From contig DATKIP010000076.1 of assembly GCA_035544015.1 (NCBI GenBank), forward strand, positions 299 through 64,298: a stretch of DNA of 64,000 bases. Reading direction: 5' to 3'. The translations under genes and the position numbers were made by a program. This document shows positions 18,163 to 27,558 of the stretch, piece by piece (the first letter of the stretch is position 1; the number at the start of each line of letters is the position of its first letter). A model generated the notes under the pieces. That model was given only the letters and a program-made list of their open reading frames with translations. It was not told the origin of the DNA and did not search any database. Origin of the DNA: Candidatus Saccharimonadia bacterium. Lineage in GTDB: Bacteria; Patescibacteriota; Saccharimonadia; UBA4664.

Positions 18163-19932
18163 ATGCGGTTTCGGATTGCGGTTTGCGTTAGTGTCTTGGT
18201 TGGTTATTTATTCGCTCAAACGGGGCTCATATCCTCGGTCGCCGCAGCCTCGAGCAGCGGCATTGTTATTTCCGGGCTGCAGCAGGCCGGCAGCGCCAAG
18301 GCCACCGATGAATACGTCGAGCTCCTCAATACTTCCGGCAGCACCGTCTCGCTGTCTGGCTGGAAGCTCCAATACCGCGCCGCTTCCAGCGCCAATGGCA
18401 CCGACTGCACCAAAGGCTGGGCCACCAAAACCACTATCACCGATGGGATCATTCCGGCCGGCGCACACTTCCTGCTTGCTTCTAGCGGCTATCTCGCTGC
18501 CGACGCCGGCTTTGCCTCCGGTTTGGCGTCCGTTGGCACGGTGCGGATCGTAAATGACGCGCAGGTCACCGACGACGCAGTGGCGTGGGGCGCCGCTAGC
18601 TGCGGTACCGGGCAACCCGCCGCCGTGCCACCGGCCGGCTCCAGCCTCGAGCGCCACGCCGGCACCGAGGGCGCCCATGGTGACAACGCACTCGATTTCT
18701 TTGTGCAGACCCAGCCGTCGCCTCGCGCTTTGTCGGCAGCCGCGGCGCCGCCTGTCGCTACACCACCCGCCGCCGGGTCGTCCGGCCCAGCCGCGCTCGA
18801 GCTCAGCGAACTGCTCGTCGACCCGGTCGCACCGAGCACCGACAGCCGTGACGAATTCATCGAGCTTCACAATGGCGGCGACGTGCCGATCGAGCTGGGC
18901 GGCTACGTCATCCGGACCGGCACCCACAATTACCCGCTACCGGCTGGCACCCTCGAAGCCGACGGCTACTACGTCGTCACCTCCGGCGGCTCCACCATCT
19001 CACTTTCAAATTCCGGGGGCGTGGCCAACCTCATTGACCCCTCCGGGACCGTCATCGATACCGCCGCCACCTGGGAAACCGCCGTGCCTGGCGCCAGCTG
19101 GGCCTTTGTGGACGACGCGTGGCGCTGGACGCTCACGCCCACGCCCGGCGCCGCCAACGAGTACACGCCCGTACCCGGCACCGCCGGCGCCGAAGGCTCG
19201 GCCGATTACGCCGTCGTGGAGCTCAATGAGCTTCTACCCGACCCCGTAGCGCCCCTCACCGATGCCTCCGACGAATTCATTGAGATTTACAACCCCGGTG
19301 ATACTGAGGTCGATCTTACCGGATACGTTCTCAAGACCGGCCACGATCTTACGAGCAAATATGTCATAAAAGACGTCACGGTCGGCCCCGGAGGCTACAT
19401 AGCCCTCAAATCTGCCGACACCAAGCTCTCACTCGCCAATACCGGCAGCTCCGTGGCACTCTACACCCCCGACGGCGCCCAGCTGGGCGCCACAGCGACG
19501 TACCCCAAGACCACCACCGGCGACGCCTGGGCCCGCTTCGACGACGGCTGGCATTGGACCGGCCAGCCCACGCCCGGCGCCGCCAACCTCCTCGCCGCAC
19601 CCGGTACCGCCGCAGCCGCCGCCAAAACCGCGGCCGCCAAAGCTACCAAGCCCAAAGCCGCCGCGGCCGCCAAGCCCAAAGCCGCCGCCAAACCCAAAGC
19701 CACCAAATCGGTCACGACCCCGCTCACCAATGCCGCCAGCACGCCGGCCGGCCGCTGGTTGCTATTTGTCTTGGCCGGGCTCACGATTGCCTATATCATG
19801 TATGAATTCCGCTATGACCTACGAAACTACTACCACAAACTCCGAGGGTACCCAATCGGTCGCCCGGCGCCTGTCCCGGCTCTTGTCGGGCGGGGAGGTG
19901 GTGGAGTTGGCAAGCGATCTGGGCGGGGGTAA
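18163..19932 (+). CDS. secreted, C-terminally anchored protein with three lamin-tail domains
   Basis: Signal peptide; three DE(Y/F)(V/I)E(L/I)xN repeats with TPGAAN; AK-rich linker; TM. Confidence 0.85.
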   Translation: MRFRIAVCVSVLVGYLFAQTGLISSVAAASSSGIVISGLQQAGSAKATDEYVELLNTSGSTVSLSGWKLQYRAASSANGTDCTKGWATKTTITDGIIPAGAHFLLASSGYLAADAGFASGLASVGTVRIVNDAQVTDDAVAWGAASCGTGQPAAVPPAGSSLERHAGTEGAHGDNALDFFVQTQPSPRALSAAAAPPVATPPAAGSSGPAALELSELLVDPVAPSTDSRDEFIELHNGGDVPIELGGYVIRTGTHNYPLPAGTLEADGYYVVTSGGSTISLSNSGGVANLIDPSGTVIDTAATWETAVPGASWAFVDDAWRWTLTPTPGAANEYTPVPGTAGAEGSADYAVVELNELLPDPVAPLTDASDEFIEIYNPGDTEVDLTGYVLKTGHDLTSKYVIKDVTVGPGGYIALKSADTKLSLANTGSSVALYTPDGAQLGATATYPKTTTGDAWARFDDGWHWTGQPTPGAANLLAAPGTAAAAAKTAAAKATKPKAAAAAKPKAAAKPKATKSVTTPLTNAASTPAGRWLLFVLAGLTIAYIMYEFRYDLRNYYHKLRGYPIGRPAPVPALVGRGGGGVGKRSGRG

Positions 19933-20290
19933 AACTACCTTCGTGCAAGGCCTCGCCCGGGCCCTGGGCTACACCGGCGCCGTCACCAGTCCGACCTTTA
20001 CGCTAAGCAACATCTACGCGTTGCCGGACGGACGCGAAATACATCACTACGATCTCTACCGCCTAGGCGAAGCCGGCGTAGTGGGCGCCGAGCTCGGCGA
20101 AGACATCGGCGAGCCGACCATAATCACGGTCATCGAATGGGCCGGTGTCGCCGAGACTCGGCTTCCGGCCGACCATCTCACCATTAGGTTCGAAGTCACC
20201 AGCGACACCGGCCGCAAGCTGATATTCTCCGGCAGCGGCCCGCTCTCAGACAAAATCGTTCATCAACTCAGTCCGGAACCACCAGTATGA
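19814..20290 (+). CDS. tsaE: tRNA threonylcarbamoyladenosine biosynthesis ATPase TsaE
   Basis: DLGGGKTTF, VTSPTF, HYDLYRL, IEW. Confidence 0.95.
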   Translation: MTYETTTTNSEGTQSVARRLSRLLSGGEVVELASDLGGGKTTFVQGLARALGYTGAVTSPTFTLSNIYALPDGREIHHYDLYRLGEAGVVGAELGEDIGEPTIITVIEWAGVAETRLPADHLTIRFEVTSDTGRKLIFSGSGPLSDKIVHQLSPEPPV

Positions 20291-20679
20291 TTCTCGCCAT
20301 CAAAACCTCGGACGACGCCGCTTGCCTCCAGCTCTATCCGGCCAAAGGCGGCGCGCCCCTCGCTGAGGACGCCTGGACCAGCGGACGCGCCCTGGCCGAT
20401 CAGCTGCTCGCTCGCATTGCCAGGTTCACCGAGCCCCATGGCGGCGAAGCGGCACTGAGTGGCATCATCGTCTTTAGTGGCCCCGGGTCGTTCACATCGC
20501 TGCGCATCGGTCACACCGTCGCCAACGCTCTGGCCGATAGCCTCGGACTCCCCGTCGTCGGCGCTATGGGCGAAGATTGGCCCCAGGCAGCCATAAAAAG
20601 CCTCGCAGATACTCCGCCGGGCCGTCCGGCGCTGCCCCATTACGGGGCCGAAGCCAATATCACCAAGCCCAAAACTTGA
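20287..20679 (+). CDS. tsaB: TsaB, short N-terminal-domain form
   Basis: GPGSFTSLRIG motif; follows tsaE. Confidence 0.88.
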   Translation: MILAIKTSDDAACLQLYPAKGGAPLAEDAWTSGRALADQLLARIARFTEPHGGEAALSGIIVFSGPGSFTSLRIGHTVANALADSLGLPVVGAMGEDWPQAAIKSLADTPPGRPALPHYGAEANITKPKT

Positions 20680-20809
20680 CCAGGAATCAAATCTCACGTT
20701 TAATGGGATTGTTCCCTACTACTGTTGATACCCGCTTCGCCGCTTACTCCGAATCCATCTATTGCTATCTCCGTTTTCTCCGGCTCGGCGAGCTGAAAAG
20801 GCCAAACAA

Positions 20810-22333
20810 ATGTTCTACACTGTTTTCTCTATGTTCGCGGCGTTTCTCATTGGAGGCGGCGCGGTCGTCGGTTACACCCAATATTCCACCAAACGCAGAG
20901 GCAAGTCGGCTGTTGATCAGGCCGGCAAAATTGTCGAAGAGGCCCGTGTCGCGGCCAAGGAGCTCACCCTCGAGGCCAAAACCGAAGCCTTGCGCGTAGC
21001 CGAAGCCGCCAAACGCGACGAAAAAGAGCGTCGCCAGCAGATCACCCAAACCGAGCAGCAGCTCCTGCAGCGTCAATCCAACCTCGATCAAAAGCTCGAG
21101 GACCTCGACCGCCGCAGCGACAAGCTCCGCAAACACGAAGTTGACCTCGATAACCTCAAAGAGGAGCTGCGTGAAATCCGCGGAAAACAGCAGACAAACC
21201 TCGAGAAAATCGCCGGCCTGAGCAAAGATGAGGCCAAAGACAAACTCATCAAGATGACCGAGCGCGACATCAAGGGCGATCTCGTGAAGCTCGTTCAAAA
21301 ACTCCAAAACGAAGCCAAAGAAGAGGCCGAAGACAACGCCAAGATGATCATTGTCTCCGCCATGGAGCGCATGGCTTCTGACCAAACCACCGAGCGCACC
21401 ATCACCACCGTGCCACTGCCGTCCGACGAACTCAAAGGCCGCGTGATCGGCAAAGAGGGCCGCAACATCCAAGCCCTCGAGCGCGCCACCGGTGTCGACG
21501 TCATTATCGACGAGACTCCCGGCGCCATCGTGCTCTCCAGTTTCGACCCCATGCGCCGCCAGATTGCCCGCGTCGCGCTCGAAAAGCTGCTGGCCGACGG
21601 CCGCATCCACCCCGCGCGCATCGAGGAGGTGGTAGAGAAAGCCAAGTCCGAAATCGACCGCACGGTCAAAGAGGCGGGGGAGAAGGCGCTCAAAGAAACC
21701 GGCGTCGTCGGCGTGCCCACGGAAATGGTCAAACTGCTCGGCCAGCTCAAGTACCGCACCAGCTTCTCGCAAAACGTCCTCAAGCACTCCGTCGAAATGG
21801 CCAACCTGGCCGGCATGATCGCCAGTGACATCGGCGCCGACGTCCGCATTGCCAAAACCGCCACCCTGCTCCACGACATCGGCAAAGCCGTCACGCACGA
21901 AATCGAAGGCGGTCACCACCACATCGGCGCCGAGCTGGCCCAAAAATACGGCATGGAAGACGCCATCGTGCACGCCATCGAAGCGCACCACGACGATGTC
22001 GAGGCCACCACCCCCGAAGCCCTCGTGGTACGCGTGTGCGACGCCCTCTCCGCCGGCCGCCCCGGCGCCCGTGGCGACACCCTCGAAAACTACGCCAAAC
22101 GCATGACCGAGCTCGAAAACCTCGCCAATGCCTTCCCCGGCGTCACCAAGTGCTACGCCATCTCCGCCGGCCGCGAGATTCGCATCATCGTCCAGCCCGA
22201 GCGGGTCGATGACCTCCAGGCCATCCAAATGGCCCGCGACATCGCCACCAAAGTCGAAGCCACGCTCAAATACCCCGGCGTCATCAAGGTCAATGTGATC
22301 CGCGAAACCCGCGCCGTCGAGTTTGCCAAATAA
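20810..22333 (+). CDS. rny: ribonuclease Y
   Basis: N-terminal TM, coiled coil, KH (KGRVIGKEGRNI), HD (LLHDIGK). Confidence 0.97.
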   Translation: MFYTVFSMFAAFLIGGGAVVGYTQYSTKRRGKSAVDQAGKIVEEARVAAKELTLEAKTEALRVAEAAKRDEKERRQQITQTEQQLLQRQSNLDQKLEDLDRRSDKLRKHEVDLDNLKEELREIRGKQQTNLEKIAGLSKDEAKDKLIKMTERDIKGDLVKLVQKLQNEAKEEAEDNAKMIIVSAMERMASDQTTERTITTVPLPSDELKGRVIGKEGRNIQALERATGVDVIIDETPGAIVLSSFDPMRRQIARVALEKLLADGRIHPARIEEVVEKAKSEIDRTVKEAGEKALKETGVVGVPTEMVKLLGQLKYRTSFSQNVLKHSVEMANLAGMIASDIGADVRIAKTATLLHDIGKAVTHEIEGGHHHIGAELAQKYGMEDAIVHAIEAHHDDVEATTPEALVVRVCDALSAGRPGARGDTLENYAKRMTELENLANAFPGVTKCYAISAGREIRIIVQPERVDDLQAIQMARDIATKVEATLKYPGVIKVNVIRETRAVEFAK

Positions 22334-22351
22334 TCGAAAGGCCCCGGCTGC

Positions 22352-22951
22352 GTGCTCGATCCCCGCTTCGTCATCCTAGCCTCCATCATCGACCTCTTCG
22401 GCACCGCCGCCTATGCCCTCGACACCCTCCGCGGCCGCACGCAGCCCAACCGCGTGTCCTGGCTGCTATGGACTGTCATCCCGTTCATTACCTTCGCGGC
22501 CCAGCTCAGCGAGCATGTTGGCTGGTCAGCGCTCTTCACGCTCGTGGTCGCCGTCGGGCCGGGCGCCGTGTTGATCGCATCGTTTCTCGATCGCAAGGCC
22601 TACTGGAAAATCACCCAATTCGACATTGTCTGCGGCCTACTCTCGGTCCTGGCCATCATCCTGTGGCTCATCACCCAAACCGGCCTCATCGCCATCCTGC
22701 TGAGCCTTGCCGCCGACTTCCTGGCCGGCATCCCCACGCTCGTCAAATCCTACCGCGAGCCCCACACCGAAAGCTCTAGCGCCTACTTCGCCGGCATTTT
22801 TAGCAGTGGCCTCACGCTGCTCACCATCCATACCTGGAATTTTGCTACCTATAGCTTCCCCGTCTACATACTGATATTCTGCCTCGTGCTGTTCACGCTC
22901 GTCCAATTTCCTCGCTTCCGCCCCTCGCATCAACCGAAAGTCTCATCGTGA
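22352..22951 (+). CDS. conserved multi-pass membrane protein
   Basis: About 7 TM; TQPNRVSW, PTLVKSY.EP.TE. Confidence 0.75.
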   Translation: MLDPRFVILASIIDLFGTAAYALDTLRGRTQPNRVSWLLWTVIPFITFAAQLSEHVGWSALFTLVVAVGPGAVLIASFLDRKAYWKITQFDIVCGLLSVLAIILWLITQTGLIAILLSLAADFLAGIPTLVKSYREPHTESSSAYFAGIFSSGLTLLTIHTWNFATYSFPVYILIFCLVLFTLVQFPRFRPSHQPKVSS

Positions 22952-23487
22952 AGCCCAAAATCATCCTCATCCACGGCAATGGCGGCAGCACCTCGGCCGA
23001 TTGCTGGCTACCCTACGTAGAGCATGAACTCGCGCGTGCCGGGCTCGAGGTGGTCAACCGCAGCTTCCCCGACGCCGTCAAAGCCCGGGCCGCCTACTGG
23101 CTCCCGTTCATCGACGAGCTCGGCGCCGATGCCCACACGGTCCTCATCGGCCACAGCTCCGGTGCCGTGGCCGCTCTGCGCTATGCCGAGACCCACCGGC
23201 TGCTCGGCAGCGTGCTCGTGGGCGCCTGCCACACCGATCTCGGCGAGGCCAGCGAGCGCGTCAGCGGCTATTACGGAGCGCCCTGGGATTGGGACGCCAT
23301 CCGCACCAATCAACAGTGGATTCTCCAATACGCCTCGCCCACCGACCCCTTTATTCCCATCGCCGAGGCTCGTTACATCCAAAAACACGCACGCACCAAA
23401 TATTTCGAGCTTGCCAGCCGCGGTCACTTCCAGGATAATACGTTCCCGGAACTCGTCAGCGCAGTCAAGAAGCAATTAAACCTCTAA
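22948..23487 (+). CDS. RBBP9/YdeN-type alpha/beta hydrolase
   Basis: IHGNGG, GHSSG nucleophile, DPFIP, GHF. Confidence 0.9.
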   Translation: MKPKIILIHGNGGSTSADCWLPYVEHELARAGLEVVNRSFPDAVKARAAYWLPFIDELGADAHTVLIGHSSGAVAALRYAETHRLLGSVLVGACHTDLGEASERVSGYYGAPWDWDAIRTNQQWILQYASPTDPFIPIAEARYIQKHARTKYFELASRGHFQDNTFPELVSAVKKQLNL

Positions 23488-23491
23488 AGCT

Positions 23492-24286
23492 ATGAAAATT
23501 CTCTACATCGGCGACATTATGGGCAAGCCCGGCCGCCAAATGGTCAAAAAAGTACTACCCAATCTCATTCGCGAAGAAGGGATTGATTTTGTGATTGCCC
23601 AAGGCGAAAACCTCTCCAGCGGTAAAGGGCTGCAGATCAAAGCCGTCGAAGACATGATGGCTGCCGGCATCAACTTCTTCACCGGCGGCGATTGGACGCT
23701 GCACCGCGAAGAGATCCATCCCTGGCTCGACGACCCTGCCCGTCCGCTCATTCGCCCCGCCAACTATCCCGCCGGTACACCCGGCCGCGGCTACAAGCTG
23801 GCCGACACCCCGTTTGGCAAAATTCTCGTCATCAGCCTGCTCGGTCAGACCGTTGGCTACCGCGCGCCGGTCGTTGATAACCCTCTTGAGGTCGTCGATC
23901 GCATCCTCGAGGAGACAAAATCCCAAAAAATAATCGCCTCAGTTGTGAATTTTCACGGTGACTTCTCCTCCGAAAAAATAGTAATCGGCCAATACCTCGA
24001 CGGACGCGTCACGGCGGTAGTGGGCGACCACTGGCATATTCCCACTGCAGACGCACGAATCCTACCTGGGGGCACCGCTCACATCACCGATGTGGGCATG
24101 GTCGGCAGCCGTGATTCCAGCCTCGGCATCAAAACGAGTATCATCGTGAACCGTTGGAAAACTGGCCAGCTTAGCCGTAATGAGCTCGAAATCGGGGGCC
24201 AAATGCAGTTCTGTTCTTTGCTCATCGACCTCCCTATGGGCAAATCACACGTCCAAGCGGCAAAACAGATAATAATCTTTGGATAA
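23492..24286 (+). CDS. ymdB: YmdB-family metallophosphoesterase
   Basis: GDIMGKPGR, GEN, RPANYP, SEK, ITDVGMVG; near rny. Confidence 0.9.
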   Translation: MKILYIGDIMGKPGRQMVKKVLPNLIREEGIDFVIAQGENLSSGKGLQIKAVEDMMAAGINFFTGGDWTLHREEIHPWLDDPARPLIRPANYPAGTPGRGYKLADTPFGKILVISLLGQTVGYRAPVVDNPLEVVDRILEETKSQKIIASVVNFHGDFSSEKIVIGQYLDGRVTAVVGDHWHIPTADARILPGGTAHITDVGMVGSRDSSLGIKTSIIVNRWKTGQLSRNELEIGGQMQFCSLLIDLPMGKSHVQAAKQIIIFG

Positions 24287-24355
24287 ATGCCGACTTTACC
24301 TTGGCGAAGCCGCCCGGGTAATATAGGTTAGGTAAACTCTGGGAGTACAGAATAG

Positions 24356-24628
24356 ATGACCAAACAGCACCTCATAGAAACGCTGGCCGCCGAGACCAAT
24401 ACTACCAAACGCCAGACCGAAAAAATGCTTGCAACCCTCGTCGCGATAGTAGAGCGCACGGTGGCGAATGGCGAAAAGGTCTCGATCACCGGCTTCGGAA
24501 CGTTTGATCTCGGTAAGCGCGCCGCCCGCCGCGGGGTAAATCCCCAAACCGGCGACGAGATCCAGATACCCGAAATGGCCATGCCGCGTTTCCGTGCCGG
24601 CAAGCGTCTCAAAGAAACCATTCGTTAG
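24356..24628 (+). CDS. hup: HU DNA-binding protein
   Basis: GFGTF, RRGVNPQTG, PRFRAGKRLK. Confidence 0.96.
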   Translation: MTKQHLIETLAAETNTTKRQTEKMLATLVAIVERTVANGEKVSITGFGTFDLGKRAARRGVNPQTGDEIQIPEMAMPRFRAGKRLKETIR

Positions 24629-24629
24629 C

Positions 24630-24657
24630 AAAAAAGACCCCAACCGGGGTCTTTTTT
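24630..24657. terminator. bidirectional intrinsic terminator
   Basis: AAAAAAGACCCC-AACC-GGGGTCTTTTTT. Confidence 0.85.
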
Positions 24658-24667
24658 AGATCATGCC

Positions 24668-24744
24668 TGGTGCCCCGGGTAGGACTCGAACCTACGACCC
24701 TTGGCTTAGAAGTCCACTGCTCTATCCAACTGAGCTACCGGGGC
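24668..24744 (-). tRNA. tRNA-Arg(TCT)
   Basis: Cloverleaf, anticodon loop CT-TCT-AA, GTTCGAG, encoded CCA. Confidence 0.95.
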
Positions 24745-24767
24745 AGGTCCAGAGCCCGATCATTGTA

Positions 24768-25745
24768 TCAGATGTGGTTTTCGCCACCAAAAATTTTGGA
24801 CACCGACTCGTCCAAATAAATCGCCTTAATCGCCGCCGCCACCAAAGGAACCACCGACACCACTTCGACCTTGTCGAGATTTTTGCCTTCCGGAAGGGGC
24901 AAAGTATCAGTCACAACGATCCGATCAATCGGCGACGCCGCCAACCGCTCCAGCGCCGGGTCGGACAAAATCCCGTGCGTCGCCATCGCATAAATTTCCG
25001 CCGCGCCCGATTCTTTGAGCAGCTGCGCCGCCGCACAAATCGTGCCGGCCGTGTCGATCATGTCATCGATCAGCACGCATCGCCGGCCCGCCACCTCGCC
25101 GATCACATTTTTGGCCTCTACGGTGTTGGCCTGCGTCTTCGAGCGCGTCTTGTGAATAATCGCAAAATCCGCCCCCAGCCGGCGCACATACCGCTCCGAG
25201 GTCTTCACGCGCCCAGCGTCCGGCGACACGATCACTACGTCACCACCCAGCTGATCGCGAATATAATCCGATAGCACCGGCAGCGCCGTGAGGTGGTCAA
25301 ACGGTCCGTCAAAAAAGCCCTGAATCTGGCCGGTGTGCAAATCCACGCTCACAATCCGGTCGGCCCCCGCCGCCGTCAGCATATCCACGAGCAGCTTGGC
25401 CGTAATCGGCTCCCGGCCGCTCGATTTGCGGTCCTGCCGCGCGTACCCAAAATACGGGCATACCGCCGTGATCCGCTTGGCCGAAGCCCGCTTGGCCGCG
25501 TCGATAATAATCAATTGCTCCATAATGGCGTCGTTGACTGGCTGGTCGTGGGTCGAAAACACAAACACATCTGCCCCCCGTGCCGACTCACCCAGCTTCA
25601 CCGAAATTTCACCATTCGCAAATCGGTCCAGCTTCATATCTGACAGCGGCACATCAATATGTTTCGCCACCGCCTGGGCCAGCTTGCCATTATGCGATCC
25701 GGACAGAATTTGCAATCGCTTTTTGGTCGTAATTTCCATCGCCAT
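24768..25745 (-). CDS. prs: ribose-phosphate pyrophosphokinase
   Basis: FANGE, PYFGYARQDR, DLH..QIQGFF, VSPDAG, DDMIDTAGT. Confidence 0.97.
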   Translation of the reverse strand: MAMEITTKKRLQILSGSHNGKLAQAVAKHIDVPLSDMKLDRFANGEISVKLGESARGADVFVFSTHDQPVNDAIMEQLIIIDAAKRASAKRITAVCPYFGYARQDRKSSGREPITAKLLVDMLTAAGADRIVSVDLHTGQIQGFFDGPFDHLTALPVLSDYIRDQLGGDVVIVSPDAGRVKTSERYVRRLGADFAIIHKTRSKTQANTVEAKNVIGEVAGRRCVLIDDMIDTAGTICAAAQLLKESGAAEIYAMATHGILSDPALERLAASPIDRIVVTDTLPLPEGKNLDKVEVVSVVPLVAAAIKAIYLDESVSKIFGGENHI

Positions 25746-25855
25746 ATCAGCCCCACTGTACCACACCCTATCTTATGTAAAAACCACCAATGCCCGAAGC
25801 CCGCAAATATCATTTCATAATTACGGCCATTCTCTCGAAGAAAGCAGGGTAGGCA

Positions 25856-26230
25856 ATGCGAAGAGGGCTACGAGTTTCACTCGCCGCCGCCGGCCTTATG
25901 GCCGCCGCCTGTGGGTCAAACGCCGGCACGCCATCTACCCCGTCCGACACCGACGCTCAGTCCGGCTACACGATCAGCGTTCAGGATGAATGCATCCGGC
26001 TCCACGGGCAGGACTCCAACGCCCGCGGCCGAGACGGGCAAGGCTCCACCGGCTGGTTCTGCCAACTGCCGGGCGGCACCGAGGTGCCGTTCACCGCTGC
26101 CGACATGCAGTCGGCCTGCGACCACCAGCACCCCGGGCGCACCCGTGCCGTTCAGCTGTCCACCACACCGCCGCCCGGCGGCAACTCCGTCTGGGTCTGC
26201 CGGCCGACCAAGCCGGTGCCAACCCCTTAG
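25856..26230 (+). CDS. putative lipoprotein with two Cys-paired repeats, actinobacteria-like
   Basis: MRR...LMAAAC lipobox; C...WFC and C...WVC repeats. Confidence 0.7.
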   Translation: MRRGLRVSLAAAGLMAAACGSNAGTPSTPSDTDAQSGYTISVQDECIRLHGQDSNARGRDGQGSTGWFCQLPGGTEVPFTAADMQSACDHQHPGRTRAVQLSTTPPPGGNSVWVCRPTKPVPTP

Positions 26231-26243
26231 CCGCACTACCGGA

Positions 26244-26277
26244 GCAAGAAAGCCGCCCCGGTAGGCGGCTTTCTTGC
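26244..26277. terminator. bidirectional terminator between lipoprotein gene and tRNA-Gly
   Basis: 14-bp inverted repeat GCAAGAAAGCCGCC/GGCGGCTTTCTTGC. Confidence 0.75.
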
Positions 26278-26288
26278 AGAATAATTCC

Positions 26289-26363
26289 TGGAGCGGGTGA
26301 GGGGAATCGAACCCCTATAGCCTGCTTGGAAGGCAGGAACATTAACCGTTATGCTACACCCGC
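26289..26363 (-). tRNA. tRNA-Gly(TCC)
   Basis: GCGGGTG acceptor, anticodon TCC, GTTCGAT, TCCA end. Confidence 0.95.
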
Positions 26364-26410
26364 GCACATATCTAGGCAGCAAATCCATCTCATTATACAA
26401 TAGTCACAAG

Positions 26411-27340
26411 ATGGCAACCCCACAATCCGCTCAAACTGTACTTATGGTCCGACCCACCAGTTTTGGCTACGACACCCAAACCGCTCTCACGAACGCGTTT
26501 CAAAACCTGCCCACCGCCGAGGCCGAGGCCGTCCAACAGCTCGCCGCGGCCGAATTCCAGGCCTACATCGAAATCCTGCGCGCCCACGATATCGACACGA
26601 TCATCATCGACGACCAGCCGCATCCGCCCAAGCCCAACGGCGTGTTCCCCAACAATTGGCTCACCACCACTGCCGACGGCCGGGTATATCTCTACCCCAT
26701 GGCCACCCCCAGCCGGCGCATCGAGCGCGACCCGGCGATCTTGGCCCGCCTGGCCGAGACGCACCACGTCGCCGCCATCCATGATCTCTCCGAAGCCGAA
26801 GCCCGCGAAGAATTCCTCGAGAGCACCGGCGTGATCATCTTCGATCACGCGCACAAAATCGCCTATGCCTGCATCTCTCCGCGCTGCCACGAAGACCTAT
26901 TCGTGCGCCACGCCGCCGAAATCGGCTACACGCCGGTAGCGTTTCGGGGTTTCGTGAACGATCTGCCGCTCTATCACACCAATCTCATGCTGGGCATCCA
27001 AAGCACCACCGCCGTCATCTGCAGTGCGGCCATCACCGCTCCGGCCGAACGCGAGCGCGTACTCCAATCGCTCCGCACCACCGGTCACGAAGTGGTCGAC
27101 ATCACACCCGATCAACTCGCGCAATATTGCGGCAACATCCTCGAAGTTCAAAACCGGCAGGGCCGCCGCTATCTGGTACTGTCTACCTCCGCGCAGGCCG
27201 CCTTCACGCCCCGGCAGCTCAAAATCCTCAGCCGCGACAAAACCCTGCTGCCCGTAGCCCTGCCCACCATCCAAGCCGTCGGCGGCGGAAGCGCCCGGTG
27301 TATGGTGGCCGAAATCTTCTTACCGCGGTCGCTACAATAA
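26411..27340 (+). CDS. amidinotransferase / arginine deiminase-related protein (CtlX-like)
   Basis: LMVRP..F, VFPNNW, FLESTG, YHTN, GGGSARCM.AE. Confidence 0.9.
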   Translation: MATPQSAQTVLMVRPTSFGYDTQTALTNAFQNLPTAEAEAVQQLAAAEFQAYIEILRAHDIDTIIIDDQPHPPKPNGVFPNNWLTTTADGRVYLYPMATPSRRIERDPAILARLAETHHVAAIHDLSEAEAREEFLESTGVIIFDHAHKIAYACISPRCHEDLFVRHAAEIGYTPVAFRGFVNDLPLYHTNLMLGIQSTTAVICSAAITAPAERERVLQSLRTTGHEVVDITPDQLAQYCGNILEVQNRQGRRYLVLSTSAQAAFTPRQLKILSRDKTLLPVALPTIQAVGGGSARCMVAEIFLPRSLQ

Positions 27341-27344
27341 TTCC

Positions 27345-27420
27345 TGGTCGGGGTGAAAGGACTCGAACCTTCGACCTCATGCTCCCAAAGCACGCGCGCT
27401 ACCAGCTGCGCCACACCCCG
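27345..27420 (-). tRNA. tRNA-Pro(TGG)
   Basis: CGGGGTG acceptor, anticodon TGG, CCA. Confidence 0.95.
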
Positions 27421-27484
27421 ATAACTTGACAATTATAGGCGAGCGCAACCTAATTGGTCAAACCGTAATCGCCCGCCTAAAGTA

Positions 27485-27513
27485 TTGCAATATTTCAAAA
27501 ATTATGGTATAAA
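27485..27513 (+). promoter_or_regulatory. promoter of Pro-rich orphan gene
   Basis: TTGCAA-17-TATAAA with extended TGn. Confidence 0.7.
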
Positions 27514-27558
27514 ACCTTAGTTGCTCATCCACAAACCAGCCGGTTCCCGGAGGAATCA

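Noticed and set aside
19610-19705. Possible CRISPR-like or tandem DNA repeat (GCCGCCAAA/CCCAAAGCC)
   Set aside because: Coding low-complexity Ala/Lys/Pro linker with no repeat-spacer structure; no cas genes or CRISPR array seen anywhere in the window.
20700-20809. 6S RNA upstream of rny
   Set aside because: Only ~105 nt and no long rod with a central bubble is evident; treated as a 5' leader.
14425-22228. Long antisense ORFs over pilC, pilB and rny (for example 14425..15831, 16080..17366, 20765..22228)
   Set aside because: Shadow ORFs expected from high GC3 on the opposite strand of well-conserved genes; no recognisable motifs.
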